This document shows, in pieces, positions 9,948-20,687 of a DNA stretch of 64,000 bases (positions are counted from its first letter, which is position 1; every line of letters begins with the position of its first letter). The notes under the pieces are model-generated. The model was not told the origin of the DNA, made no database searches, and saw only the letters and a program-made list of their open reading frames with translations. A program made the position numbers and the translations under genes. The stretch lies in assembly GCA_963665095.1 (NCBI GenBank), contig OY762069.1, forward strand, positions 384,001-448,000, read 5' to 3'. Origin of the DNA: an uncultured Desulfobacter sp. Its GTDB lineage: Bacteria; Desulfobacterota; Desulfobacteria; Desulfobacterales; Desulfobacteraceae.

Positions 9948-11105
9948 TTAGACAACCGGTTCAGTGGCCTGCAGGGGCGTTTTAATCAACTGAACCAGTG
10001 TCAGAGATATAAGACTCATGGCAGCCCCGGCCAGAAAGGGGATTCTGTAGTCCACCAGCCACAGTACGCCGCCGATCACAGGCAGGACTACGGCCGCAAT
10101 ATGGTTGATGGTGAACCCGACGGCTGCAGACGGGGCAATGTCAGCCGGATCGCAGATCTTCTGGAAATAGGTTTTAATGCCCATGGAAAATCCAAAGAAG
10201 ATATGATCCATGACATAGAGCAGGGCCACCACCATTTTGCTGTCTGTGACCGCATAGGCCATGAACACAAAAACCAGCGCAGAATACTCCATGGACAATA
10301 CCTTCCTTTCTCCAAACCGGATAATCGCCTTGCCGATGACAGGGTTTATGAAGAAATTGATGGCATTGTTCAAAAGAAACAAAAGCGTAATCTGTTTGAT
10401 GGAAAAATCAAATTTCTGGACCAGCAAAAATACGGCAAAGGCCACGAAAATCTGACGTCTGGCTCCTGCCATAAAGGTCAGTGCGTAATAGAGCCAGTAT
10501 TTTTTCCGTACCACCATGGATTTTCTTTGAACCGGCATGCCTGCATGGGCGGGGTTACGGGTGAACGCCCAGATACCACAGGCAAGAATCGCAGTGCCGA
10601 ACAAAAGATAGAGTGCCGTGTAATTGAAAAACCCTGACAGGGCAAATATGATAATACCCACAGCAATATTGGCCATGGCCGACCACTTCTGCTGGCTGGC
10701 AAACACCATGGGCGCTTCAGTTTTGCTGAAATACTGCAGGGTCAAGGACTGGCTGCAGGTCTGAAAATAATGAAACCCAAAGCTCATGACAAGGGTGGTG
10801 AACATCAGCCCGGCAAAACTGGGCAGCACCCCGGTGAGAAACACCCCCATTCCCAAGACCATGATGGAAAGAGCTGCCAGGCGGTGTTCACTGACAATTA
10901 AAAGCACATAGGTCACCAGTAAAGACAAAAATCCAGGCAGCTCCCGCACCGACTGGATCACACCTACATGTTCGCCGTCCAGACCAACACTGTGGAAGGC
11001 AAAATTATCAAACAACGTGCGCCAGCACTGCAGTCCACCGGTACAGCAAATCGCTAAAACCAGCAGATAAACAAACATGGGCCGGGAAGACAAACGGATA
11101 TTCAT
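9948..11105 (-). CDS. MFS transporter
   Basis: About 12 TM segments; QSVRELPG and TFMAGARRQIF motifs; start placed at MNIRL. Confidence 0.9.
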   Translation of the reverse strand: MNIRLSSRPMFVYLLVLAICCTGGLQCWRTLFDNFAFHSVGLDGEHVGVIQSVRELPGFLSLLVTYVLLIVSEHRLAALSIMVLGMGVFLTGVLPSFAGLMFTTLVMSFGFHYFQTCSQSLTLQYFSKTEAPMVFASQQKWSAMANIAVGIIIFALSGFFNYTALYLLFGTAILACGIWAFTRNPAHAGMPVQRKSMVVRKKYWLYYALTFMAGARRQIFVAFAVFLLVQKFDFSIKQITLLFLLNNAINFFINPVIGKAIIRFGERKVLSMEYSALVFVFMAYAVTDSKMVVALLYVMDHIFFGFSMGIKTYFQKICDPADIAPSAAVGFTINHIAAVVLPVIGGVLWLVDYRIPFLAGAAMSLISLTLVQLIKTPLQATEPVV

Positions 11106-11212
11106 AAAGGTTTCTTTCAGGTTGGTTGGCAGGGGGCGACACAAGCCAGGAGATGGAAACTATCTTCGGTAAACTTCCAGGAAGAATGTAAGCAAAAACG
11201 TTCCTGCTGCCG

Positions 11213-11338
11213 GTGTTTGGAGGAGAAGTTGCCCATATGCAAGGCGCAAGGGAACTTGCAACCGGAGCGTACTTCAGTACGCGAGGATTGTAAGTTCCCG
11301 CAGCAACACCGCAGATGGGTGACTTTTCCTCCAAACAC
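11213..11338. repeat. ~126-bp palindromic repeat, copy 2 (inverted relative to copy 1)
   Basis: TIR GTGTTTGGAGGAGAAGTTGCCCAT/ATGGGTGACTTTTCCTCCAAACAC; shares CCGGAGCGTACTTCAGTACG with the reverse complement of copy 1. Confidence 0.9.
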
Positions 11339-14300
11339 TAGTTTAGTTTTTTTATTATGGCGTCCACTGCTTTTTCTGCCGTGGCCCCGAACAGGGTGTC
11401 AATATCCACAAGATTAAGATACTTATCATCCCAGGTGACATTCGTGCTTTCAAGAATCCAGTCCTTAAGGCGGGTATATTTACCGCCCAGTGCTTTGATC
11501 TTCTTCAGCAGCGAGACATCTTCGGAGGATTTAAACCCGATGTTCAAAGAAAGCAGAAATTCAATGCTGTTGGGTGTCGCCGGATTGGTGGAGAGTACCG
11601 GGATCACAAGGATATTCCGGTTGTCTTTCCGACCTTTGCCGATATAGACGTTTCCCTCTCTGACAATGATATTCTTGGTGCCTTTGAGCCGGTGGTCTGT
11701 CTCCACACGGGAACTTTCATTGGCAAGATTTCCGGTTTTTGATAGTACCTCAATCCGGGTGTCGGAAGTAACGCCGCCTAACAGGCTCAACCCGGAAATC
11801 CGGTAGAATACCGCTCCTTTTATTTCACAGACTATTTCCTGCAGGTTCTTAACAACTATAACATTGTTGTGAGTAAGCTGGGCAAGCTGGATGTCGTGTT
11901 CGGCCATGGAATCAAATAGAATGCCCTCAAAGCTTTCACTGATCCGGCTGGTGCCCACGGTAACTGTCTTGGCCTGATGTTTAATGGCATCCACGGGCCG
12001 GGCCATGTTGTTGATGGCCTGGTTCATGGAAGTAAAGAAGGCTGACAGCATATTGGCAGGTGTCCCTTTGACCCCGAAATCAATCTCAAAATCTGATACA
12101 GGCAGCCGGCCGGACAGATATTTGAGCAGCAGGGTGATGTTGGCAATGGCGTTGAGGCCTAACGCACCAGGGAATCCGTCCTCACGACGCTTTTCTGAGA
12201 ACTGGTTGTAGAAGCCTGCCACGCTTTCCCTGAATTTGTCTTCCAGGAGCACCTCGTAATCGTCATGGCCAATGCCTTTGAAGTCATCAATAATTCCCTG
12301 AAACTTCATTTTTGCGTCATACAGAAATTTGGAGCTGCTGTTTATGGCCAAAGCGGCATAATACCCCCAGATATGGCCCACCAGGGTGTTGAGGATAGGA
12401 GCAAAATGTTCCGGAATCTGAGGGATTTTAAACACGGCTCTGGCGTAGATGTCGAACCGGTCTTCCCCTTCTGTGGTGATGACAATGGGGCATGCTTTAT
12501 GGGCATGAAAGATCGCTGTATCTTTGATAATATCCCCTAATACACTTTCCCGGGTGCCGGCGGCACACACAATAATCAGCGGTTCACTTGACAGGTCAAT
12601 ATGTTTTTTGTCTTCCACAAAATCTGAAGAGATGGTCTTATAGCACAGTTCAGATAACTTGATCCGGATCTCATCGGCGGATGTTTTATTAAAACCCGAG
12701 CCCACTGTGGCCCAGTAGTTTTTGGTGACTGCCAGCTGGCTTGCACATGCTTTGATCTGTTCGCGTATGTCAAGAACGGCTGTCATTTTTGCCGGCAGGT
12801 CCATGAGGCAGCGGATCTGATCGGAGATGTACTCTTGGGTTCTGGCATTGAGCAGGGCAGCAAGATGCAGCCCTAATACAGCGCCTGCCGTGATCTGGGA
12901 GTAAAACGCCTTGGTGGAGGCAACGGACATCTCAATGTCTCTGCCGGAACTGGTGTACAATACCCCGTCCACCTTGAATGTGAGATCAGAGTCCCTGCGG
13001 TTGACAATGGCTATGGTTTTAGCGCCGCATGCCTTAATCATATCCACGGTGCGGTTGGTATCTGTGGTGGTTCCGGACTGGCTGATGGCAACCACTAATG
13101 TATCTTCCATGGCCGAGCAGTTGTCGCCCTCGGCACGAATACTGAACCCGGAGAGTTCCGATGCTTTCTGAGCACGGATATCCATGGCTTTTTCCCCGAG
13201 ATAATGGCGCAGGATATCTGCACATCCCTGGGCTGCGATTCCGGCTGTTCCCTGGCCGATGAAATAGATTTTTTTGATCTTCCCTGATCTTAAATTCTGT
13301 TCCAGCGTAAGGGGAATAATTGTCTGGTTCAGGCTTACGTTGAACAGGCCAGAACCAGGATTTTGTTTAAATTTATTTTCCAGGGTTTTTTCAACCGAAA
13401 GCGGAGATTCTGAGATCTCCTTAAGGAAATAGTGGTTGAACCCCTGGCGGTCGATATCCCGGGAGGTAATCTGGCTGGTCAGGACATCATCCTGAGTGAT
13501 CGTAATCGGCTGGCTGTCGTAATAAAAGGAGCGTATGCCTTCAACGCCTCCGGAACCGTTCTGGTCCAGGATGACAATCTGGCCCTGGTCTTCCCCGTTG
13601 AGTTTGATATAGCTCCGGGTCTCCTCCACCACACCGTAAAGTTCTGAAGCCGCAATATAGTGGTCCTTGGCAATACCCACAAAAATAGCCTGCCCACTGC
13701 CTTTCTGGGCCAGGAACAATTTGCCCGGGGCAAGATCCGTATGCATGGAAATGGCATGGGAACCCTGGAATTCATTAACTGCCAGGCGGAAAGCCTCTTC
13801 AATGGGAGCCCCTGATTTCAGATGATGCTCCACCTGGAGTGGAATCAGCTTGGTGTCTGTGGTGATCTGGGGGTGAATTTTATCATACCGGGCTTCATAC
13901 TCGGTTTTAAGCTCCAGGTAATTGTCGATATCCCCGTTCAGGCAAACATGGATAATCCCGTTAGGGGTGGCTTTTGTATCTGTGGGCGCATTATCCACCG
14001 GGTGGCAGTTGGCTTCCGTGATATCACCCACCGATGCCCAGCGGGTGTGGGCGGAGACGGAAGATGCTGTTAAAGTAAATTTTGCCAGGGTCTGGAGCAG
14101 GGAATCGTTTTTGATCTGTTCTCTGATAAAGGAGACATTATCACCCAGTGCCCCGACTTCAGCCGCAAATTTGTATACAAAACTGATGGTAACGCAGTCC
14201 GGTGCGGAACCGGAACTGCTGGTCTTATTAACGGAGATGGTGTTATTGGTCAGAATCTGACGATTGGTTCTTTCTTCCAGATCCTGGGCCAGTCCTTGTT

Positions 14301-15054
14301 TTTCAAGCTGTGCCCGATAATCAGAAAATTCGCTGGCCTCCAGGGTACACAACACCGAGATCCCGGCAGAATCCCTGCCCCTGACTTCAAGGCGGTCAAT
14401 ACTGTTGAGTACAGCATTGATCCGCTTAAACAGAATGAGGCCCCAGGGTGTTTTTTCCTTGTCCAGCCAAGGCGCCAGATTCTCTATAATTCCGATATTT
14501 TCAAGCACCTCTTTTTTCAGACACCAGAGGATATCTTTTACCAGTTCAATATGATCGGAGGCAATTTCCACCTCAGGCGTGGCCAGGCTGGAAGTAGCTG
14601 TTTTAAAGTCCCGGGTTTCCTGAGAGATGATGTTTTCAATATCTTCTGTTATCCGGGCAAGCTTGCGTGTTTTTTCTCTGTTGTAATAGAGGGAAGAAAA
14701 CACAGACTCCTGCTTTAGGTTCTGGGCATGATCAAACAGATCAGACAATAATTGTTTTCCACCCAGGTAATCGTCAGTCACCACCTGCCATCTCTGGTTG
14801 GTAAAGGGACCAAGACGGTTCTGGGCCAGTTTTTCAATGCCTAAGGAAAGGGCCTGAAGGTCGTCTTCGCAGGCCGGCCCCTTGAATGCCACCAGAGCAC
14901 AGATCCCGCAGCCCAGAGTACAGCCTGTATCCGGGAATAAAACAAGGGTATCAGGTTTTGCTGCTGAAAGTGGGATACCAAAATTCACATGGATCTGTCC
15001 CATGCGTTTCATGTGGGTTAGAATGCGTGCGGCGATATTTTTTTGGCCTCTCAT
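11338..15054 (-). CDS. glmS: large GlmS-like glutamine:fructose-6-phosphate amidotransferase (1238 aa)
   Basis: CGI, RLEVRGRDSAG, HTRWA, NCHP, LNGDIDN, SQSGTTTDT, VASTKAF, AKTVTV. Confidence 0.85.
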   Translation of the reverse strand: MRGQKNIAARILTHMKRMGQIHVNFGIPLSAAKPDTLVLFPDTGCTLGCGICALVAFKGPACEDDLQALSLGIEKLAQNRLGPFTNQRWQVVTDDYLGGKQLLSDLFDHAQNLKQESVFSSLYYNREKTRKLARITEDIENIISQETRDFKTATSSLATPEVEIASDHIELVKDILWCLKKEVLENIGIIENLAPWLDKEKTPWGLILFKRINAVLNSIDRLEVRGRDSAGISVLCTLEASEFSDYRAQLEKQGLAQDLEERTNRQILTNNTISVNKTSSSGSAPDCVTISFVYKFAAEVGALGDNVSFIREQIKNDSLLQTLAKFTLTASSVSAHTRWASVGDITEANCHPVDNAPTDTKATPNGIIHVCLNGDIDNYLELKTEYEARYDKIHPQITTDTKLIPLQVEHHLKSGAPIEEAFRLAVNEFQGSHAISMHTDLAPGKLFLAQKGSGQAIFVGIAKDHYIAASELYGVVEETRSYIKLNGEDQGQIVILDQNGSGGVEGIRSFYYDSQPITITQDDVLTSQITSRDIDRQGFNHYFLKEISESPLSVEKTLENKFKQNPGSGLFNVSLNQTIIPLTLEQNLRSGKIKKIYFIGQGTAGIAAQGCADILRHYLGEKAMDIRAQKASELSGFSIRAEGDNCSAMEDTLVVAISQSGTTTDTNRTVDMIKACGAKTIAIVNRRDSDLTFKVDGVLYTSSGRDIEMSVASTKAFYSQITAGAVLGLHLAALLNARTQEYISDQIRCLMDLPAKMTAVLDIREQIKACASQLAVTKNYWATVGSGFNKTSADEIRIKLSELCYKTISSDFVEDKKHIDLSSEPLIIVCAAGTRESVLGDIIKDTAIFHAHKACPIVITTEGEDRFDIYARAVFKIPQIPEHFAPILNTLVGHIWGYYAALAINSSSKFLYDAKMKFQGIIDDFKGIGHDDYEVLLEDKFRESVAGFYNQFSEKRREDGFPGALGLNAIANITLLLKYLSGRLPVSDFEIDFGVKGTPANMLSAFFTSMNQAINNMARPVDAIKHQAKTVTVGTSRISESFEGILFDSMAEHDIQLAQLTHNNVIVVKNLQEIVCEIKGAVFYRISGLSLLGGVTSDTRIEVLSKTGNLANESSRVETDHRLKGTKNIIVREGNVYIGKGRKDNRNILVIPVLSTNPATPNSIEFLLSLNIGFKSSEDVSLLKKIKALGGKYTRLKDWILESTNVTWDDKYLNLVDIDTLFGATAEKAVDAIIKKLN

Positions 15055-15087
15055 TGTTATCCTCCATTTATATTCCTGGTCTAAAGA

Positions 15088-16479
15088 TTATTCCGGAATG
15101 TCTGAGGTTGCTGCCAGTGTCTCATTCTTTTGTGCCGGGGGCGTGAAATATGTTTTAAGCATGTTCCGTGCATGGAAACAGGCCTTGGTACCGATATATT
15201 TGCGATGGCCGACCACAACGGCAACGATTAATGTGTTTTCTGTATTTTTTTTGCGTCCAAAACCGGTAAACCAGTCATATTTTACCGTATGCTCACGGTT
15301 GAAAAGGGATCCGGTTTTACCGCCAATCACAAGATTGGATAAAATTTTATCTCTGGAATATCCTCTGAATGCTTTTTTGGCCGTGCCCGACGTAACAGTC
15401 TTTTTCATTATCTTTATCATCTCGGCTGAAGTTTCCGGGCTGATAGGGGATTTATATATCTCTTTACGGCTTTTGTAAATCAGGTCTTCGCCCGCAGTGG
15501 TTATGTTGTCTACCAGGCGGGGAACCAGACTATGTCCTTTATTGACCACTGCTGAGACCATGGTCATGGCAAACACCGGTGAAATCATCGTGTCATTATT
15601 GAATCCGCATCCAAGCTCTGCCAGATGATAATCGCTTTCAGTCACGGAAAAACAGGGCTGGGGAAAGTCAAAATCTGTATCCGGATTCTGGTTGAATCCA
15701 AATTTATGGGCAAATTCATTGAGAGTTTCCCTTCCCAGCTCAAGTTTTCCCAGCTTGCCGAAAACAGGATTGATGGATTCGGCAAAGGCCTTTTCCATGG
15801 TTACATGATTGGTGTATTTGGTTTTCTGATCAGTCAGCTGCCTTTTATAAAGGGTGTATTTTCTACCGTTGTAATAAAGAGAAGTGCCTGCACTGTAGTC
15901 CAGAGTTTCCACTGCTGCAGCTGCCGTAACAATTTTAAAAAGACTGGCTGCCGGATAAATGGTTTTCGTGCAGGGATTGGTATCCGGGTCTTCCAGATCA
16001 AACCCGGCCATGGCTTTTATAAAACCTGTTTTTCCATCCATGGCCACCATGGCAATACGTTCGGGTCTGCCCCGGTCCAGGGTTTTAAGGTGGTTCAGGG
16101 TATTTATCAGCTCTGTCTGCAGCCGGGTGTCCAGGTGGGTATGGACGGTACAGGCCCGGGAGATGCTGTGGGTTTGAAAGTGATTTGTTTTTGCATTAAG
16201 AATATCAAGGTGCCGGATTAACTCTTTAACCGCTTGTTTCTCAAGATGTTCCGGCTTTTCTATTGTGTTGGTCTCTTTGGATATATTTTGTGGGGAGAGC
16301 AGATCTGCCAGCTTTGGCGCTACCTTGATACCCGCAATGATCAACAGACAGACTATAACGGTAATGATTGTTATGCCGGCCATCCGGCACAACAGCCTGA
16401 CAACAGACTTTTTTTTCTTTTGAAGAACGTAGTCTGCCTGGAGTTCGCGCCAGGAATTTTCTGTTTTAATAGAATGCAA
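15088..16479 (-). CDS. penicillin-binding transpeptidase-domain protein
   Basis: N-terminal TM anchor; SLFK (SxxK), SIN (SxN) and KTG motifs; start uncertain. Confidence 0.88.
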   Translation of the reverse strand: MHSIKTENSWRELQADYVLQKKKKSVVRLLCRMAGITIITVIVCLLIIAGIKVAPKLADLLSPQNISKETNTIEKPEHLEKQAVKELIRHLDILNAKTNHFQTHSISRACTVHTHLDTRLQTELINTLNHLKTLDRGRPERIAMVAMDGKTGFIKAMAGFDLEDPDTNPCTKTIYPAASLFKIVTAAAAVETLDYSAGTSLYYNGRKYTLYKRQLTDQKTKYTNHVTMEKAFAESINPVFGKLGKLELGRETLNEFAHKFGFNQNPDTDFDFPQPCFSVTESDYHLAELGCGFNNDTMISPVFAMTMVSAVVNKGHSLVPRLVDNITTAGEDLIYKSRKEIYKSPISPETSAEMIKIMKKTVTSGTAKKAFRGYSRDKILSNLVIGGKTGSLFNREHTVKYDWFTGFGRKKNTENTLIVAVVVGHRKYIGTKACFHARNMLKTYFTPPAQKNETLAATSDIPE

Positions 16480-16513
16480 AAGATTGTCTCAAAGTAAATA
16501 TACCTGTAAACAT

Positions 16514-18424
16514 TTATTTAATCTGGCAACCGGGCTTTACTTGTCCGTTGAACCCTGACAGTATGAGATCCTTTTTCACACTGCCGGCAAGAACCATCCC
16601 CTGGGATAATACGCCCATGAGTTTAACCGGCTTTAAATTGGCCACCACAATCACCTCTTTTCCCACCACCTCTTCCGGCGTATATGATTTGCCTATGCCG
16701 GCTACAATTTGCCGGGTTTCAGCACTGAGGTCCACCTGCAGTTTGAGCAGCTTATCTGATTTTTCGATCCGTTCGGCGGACAAAATAATACCTGCCCTCA
16801 GATCAACCTTTGAAAAATCCTCAATGGTTATTTCATCTTTCAATGCCGGTTTAAACGGTCTGCGGGCCGGTGCTGCCGCAGGCTCTTTTTTAATCTCCAC
16901 CCGTGGAAAAAGAATGGGGGGCTTATTTAATGTAATCCCGGCAGGGATCTGGCCCCAGGGCCGGATATCTTCCATAGAAGAATACCCGCAAGAGGGCATT
17001 TCAAGTCCCAACGCGGCAATCATTTTTGCACTGGTTTCCGGCATCACGGGCCAGATCAGACCTGCCACCGTACGAAGCCCTTCCAAAAGTTCATAGAGCA
17101 CGGTGCCAAGGTCGCCGGTGCGGGCCTCATCCTTGGCCAGAGCCCATGGTTCATTGGTGTCAACATATTTGTTCATGATTGATACCAGTTCCCAGACACA
17201 GGACAGGGCATTGTGAAATTTGCATTCAGCCATGGCTGCCTTATATCCTTCAATCACCCCAGCTGTCTGGGATTCCAGGCTTAAACCGCTGTCGGAATCG
17301 GGATCAATGCCCTGGACTGTACCCTTGAAGTACCTGTGGTTCATGGACAGCACCCTGGAAAAAAGGTTGCCCAGGTCATTGGCAAGATCTGAGTTGATCC
17401 GTGCCACCATGGCATCTTCGGTGAAATTGGCATCCAGCCCGAACACCATCTCCCGCATGAGAAAATAGCGGAAGGCATCCACGCCGAACTGGCCTGTCAC
17501 TTCAACCGGGTCTGTCACATTCCCAATGCTTTTGGACATCTTTGAGCCCTGAACATTCCAGAAGCCATGGACATTGAGCCCGTTGTAGATATCAATACCG
17601 GCGGCTTTGAGCATGATGGGCCAGTAAATACCGTGGGGTTTGATAATATCCTTGGCCACAAAGTGCCGGGTGGTGGGCCAGAATTTTTTGAATTTTTCCC
17701 CGTCCGGATAGCCTAAGGCGGTAATATAGTTTACCAGGGCGTCAAACCAGACATAGGTGACGTAATCCTCATCAAAGGGCAGGGTGATGCCCCAGGTGAG
17801 CCGGGTTTTGGGCCGGGAGATGCAAAGATCTTCCAGGGGCTCTTTTAAAAAGGAGAGCAGCTCTTTTCTGTACTGCTCGGGCCGGATAAAATCGGGATGG
17901 GTGTTGATGTGGTCAATGAGCCACTCCTGGTACTTGCTCATTTTGAAAAAATAGTTCGACTCTTTGATAGTCTCAGGAACAGTGCCGTGGTCCGGACATT
18001 TGCCATCCACAAGCTCACGCTCCTGGTAAAACCGTTCACACCCGAAGCAGTAAATTCCCTCATAGCTTGAAAAATAGATGTCACCTTTGTCATAAATGGT
18101 GGACAGCACCAGTTTCACCACCTCAATGTGCTTGGGGTCTGTTGTCCGGATAAATTGGCTATTCTCAATATTGAGAAGGGGCAGAAGATCCTGAAACAGC
18201 TGGCTGATTTTATCGGCATATGCCTTGGGGGAGGTGTTTTCTTTTTCTGCGGCCTGGACAATTTTATCTCCGTGTTCATCCGTGCCTGTCAGAAAAAAGG
18301 TGTCCATCCCTTCCATTTTTTTGAACCGGGTGGAGACATCTGCTGCAATGGAGGTATAGGCATGCCCTAGGTGGGGTTTGGCATTCACATAGTAAATCGG
18401 GGTGGTATAATACTGGCAGCTCAT
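16514..18424 (-). CDS. metG: methionyl-tRNA synthetase with C-terminal tRNA-binding domain
   Basis: YYTTPIYYVNAKPHLGH, YVWFDAL, KMSKS; Trbp111-like tail. Confidence 0.98.
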   Translation of the reverse strand: MSCQYYTTPIYYVNAKPHLGHAYTSIAADVSTRFKKMEGMDTFFLTGTDEHGDKIVQAAEKENTSPKAYADKISQLFQDLLPLLNIENSQFIRTTDPKHIEVVKLVLSTIYDKGDIYFSSYEGIYCFGCERFYQERELVDGKCPDHGTVPETIKESNYFFKMSKYQEWLIDHINTHPDFIRPEQYRKELLSFLKEPLEDLCISRPKTRLTWGITLPFDEDYVTYVWFDALVNYITALGYPDGEKFKKFWPTTRHFVAKDIIKPHGIYWPIMLKAAGIDIYNGLNVHGFWNVQGSKMSKSIGNVTDPVEVTGQFGVDAFRYFLMREMVFGLDANFTEDAMVARINSDLANDLGNLFSRVLSMNHRYFKGTVQGIDPDSDSGLSLESQTAGVIEGYKAAMAECKFHNALSCVWELVSIMNKYVDTNEPWALAKDEARTGDLGTVLYELLEGLRTVAGLIWPVMPETSAKMIAALGLEMPSCGYSSMEDIRPWGQIPAGITLNKPPILFPRVEIKKEPAAAPARRPFKPALKDEITIEDFSKVDLRAGIILSAERIEKSDKLLKLQVDLSAETRQIVAGIGKSYTPEEVVGKEVIVVANLKPVKLMGVLSQGMVLAGSVKKDLILSGFNGQVKPGCQIK

Positions 18425-18444
18425 GGTTCTTTTACGTTCCTAAG

Positions 18445-19236
18445 TTATTCAGTTTTCAGTTCTGACAGAAGAATTTCTTTTTCCGTGTGGTCTTCAAGCC
18501 TGAGGGTGATGCTCTGTTTTAATACATTCTGTCGGACCACTTTGCCCTTCACATCCTGGATTGAAACGGTCTTTCCCATTTTGGGCATTTGTTTGCGGTA
18601 ATGACGGTATGTCTGGTTCTCAAAGGTCAGACAGCACATAAGCCGGCCGCACACCCCTGAAATTTTGGTGGGATTCAGGGAGAGCCCCTGCTCCTTTGCC
18701 ATTTTAATGGAAACCGGCTCAAAGGAGTGCATAAATGAAGAACAGCATAGTTCCCTGCCGCATTTGCCTAACCCGCCCACATGTTTGGACAGGTTGCGGA
18801 TGCCGACCTGGCGCATTTCAATGCGGATGCTGTACTCTTTGACCAGTAGCTTGATCAGCTCCCGAAAGTCAATCCTGCCGTCAGCTGTGTAGAAAAATGT
18901 CAGCTTGTTCCGGTCAAAGGTGCTTTCCACGCTGAACAGATTCATCAAAAGGCCAAGGTCGTTGATGCACTGGATGCAGAAATCATGGGCTCTCTTCTCC
19001 AGGGCTATCAGCTCTTCACGACGTAAAAAATCTTTATCCGTTGCCAGTCTGACAATATTTTTTAAGGTACTTTCATCTTTATCTTTTTCAGCAACCTGCG
19101 TGGCAACGACGCCAAACCCCAAGCCCTGTTCAGTTTCAACAATAACCCGGTCACCCGGGGTCAGGACAAGGGCATTGCTATTAAAATCATATATTTTCCC
19201 TGCGGTCTTAAATTTTACACCGGCAATATTCACCAT
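18445..19236 (-). CDS. ricT: PSP1/RicT (YaaT) family protein
   Basis: GRIDFRELIK, RIEMRQVG, CGRELCC, KISGVCGRLMCCL; typical holB-ricT-metG order. Confidence 0.92.
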   Translation of the reverse strand: MVNIAGVKFKTAGKIYDFNSNALVLTPGDRVIVETEQGLGFGVVATQVAEKDKDESTLKNIVRLATDKDFLRREELIALEKRAHDFCIQCINDLGLLMNLFSVESTFDRNKLTFFYTADGRIDFRELIKLLVKEYSIRIEMRQVGIRNLSKHVGGLGKCGRELCCSSFMHSFEPVSIKMAKEQGLSLNPTKISGVCGRLMCCLTFENQTYRHYRKQMPKMGKTVSIQDVKGKVVRQNVLKQSITLRLEDHTEKEILLSELKTE

Positions 19237-19253
19237 AAAAATCGACCCTTTAT

Positions 19254-20324
19254 TTAACTCAAAGACATGGCCAGGAAAAAGCGGTCAAGTGTCAATCTTG
19301 TTCCGCTGTTGGATGCCAGTCTTTTCTCTGTGTCATAGAATTGTGCCATCCATGCCAGTTTTTCCGGATAGGCATGCGCCACACTAATATCTGTAAATGA
19401 ATCGAAAAAATCAAGGTTTACTATTTGATCCGGGGCGTACTCAAGCACGCAAAGATCTCTGAAAACGGTGCGGATCACGGCCATAGAATCGGATACCAGT
19501 TCCGGACGGGCAGATAAAAGTCTGGATAAATCAAGGCCTTGGAATGCACAATGGTGTAAAGGACCCTGCAGGAGACTACACACGTTTCTGATCAGCCAGG
19601 GGCGAAGTTCTTTCCAGTCAGGGACAATATTTTTTGTTTTTTCCCTGGCTGTCTCGGTATCAATTTTTCCGGCCAGGCCGGCAAGCCTAAGCGCAAGGTT
19701 CAGGTCGCTGCCGGCTGTACCGCTGAAAATGTGAGCGCTGTGGGCGTCAAGATGGTACCGGGCACACAACATCTGTTTGATATCCCGGCTGGCAGGCGCA
19801 GGAAAGTCAATACGCCGACATCTGGACAGAATCGTGGGCAGAAGCGGGGATGTCTGCTCTGCCGTGAGGATGAAAAAGGTACTGCCCGGCGGCTCCTCAA
19901 GCATTTTGAGAAGGGCATTCTGGGCCTGGGGATTCATCAGTTCCGCATGGTGGATGCAGACCATTCTGTGTGCGGCCTCATTGGCGCGGGACGCAATCAC
20001 TTTCCCCATTTCCCGGATCTGGGAAATGGTAATCACCTTTTTGTTCTCTTCCGGGCCGACAATAATCATATCCGGATGCATGCCTGCATTTATTTTTTTA
20101 CAGGACAGGCAGATATTGCAGGGCTTTTTCCCCTCGGCACGGCAGTTACAGGCCTTGGCAAAGAAATAGGCCGCCTGTTTCCTGCCGGTTCCCTCAGGCC
20201 CGTGAAAAAGCAGCGCATTGGGAATCCGGCCGGTCTGAACAATATGATTTAATTCAGATAAAGACGAAAAGGCCGGGATCTCATCCCGGATAGTATCGGA
20301 AGGTGCAGGATCAAAATTTTGCAT
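19254..20324 (-). CDS. holB: DNA polymerase III delta-prime subunit
   Basis: LLFHGPEGTGR, Zn motif, HPD, AQNALLKMLEEPP, TILSRC. Confidence 0.93.
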   Translation of the reverse strand: MQNFDPAPSDTIRDEIPAFSSLSELNHIVQTGRIPNALLFHGPEGTGRKQAAYFFAKACNCRAEGKKPCNICLSCKKINAGMHPDMIIVGPEENKKVITISQIREMGKVIASRANEAAHRMVCIHHAELMNPQAQNALLKMLEEPPGSTFFILTAEQTSPLLPTILSRCRRIDFPAPASRDIKQMLCARYHLDAHSAHIFSGTAGSDLNLALRLAGLAGKIDTETAREKTKNIVPDWKELRPWLIRNVCSLLQGPLHHCAFQGLDLSRLLSARPELVSDSMAVIRTVFRDLCVLEYAPDQIVNLDFFDSFTDISVAHAYPEKLAWMAQFYDTEKRLASNSGTRLTLDRFFLAMSLS

Positions 20325-20339
20325 GTTTTGATCATTGGA

Positions 20340-20615
20340 CTAATAATCGACCCGCTCCTTGAGTTCTTTACCGCATTTGAAAAACGGCAGTCGCTTGGGA
20401 GGGATATCGACTTTCTGTCCGGTTTTGGGGTTTCTGCCCACATAGCTTTTATATTCTTTGATATGAAAGCTGCACAGCCCTCTTATTTCAACCCGTTCCC
20501 CTTTGACAAAGGAATCGGACAGAGAGTCAAAAAAGATTTTAATAACTTCAGCGGCCTCTGATTTGGTCAGATTGGCCCGTTCTTTCAATGTGGAAATCAA
20601 TTCAAGTTTATTCAT
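20340..20615 (-). CDS. integration host factor/HU family DNA-binding protein
   Basis: GERVEIRGLCSF, GRNPKTG, FKCGKELKERV (IHF-beta-like). Confidence 0.93.
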   Translation of the reverse strand: MNKLELISTLKERANLTKSEAAEVIKIFFDSLSDSFVKGERVEIRGLCSFHIKEYKSYVGRNPKTGQKVDIPPKRLPFFKCGKELKERVDY

Positions 20616-20687
20616 GGAACCTCAAATATATTAACAGCTTAATGGTTTTTAGGGGTTTTAATGAATATGCAATAAAAAGTCAAGGGC

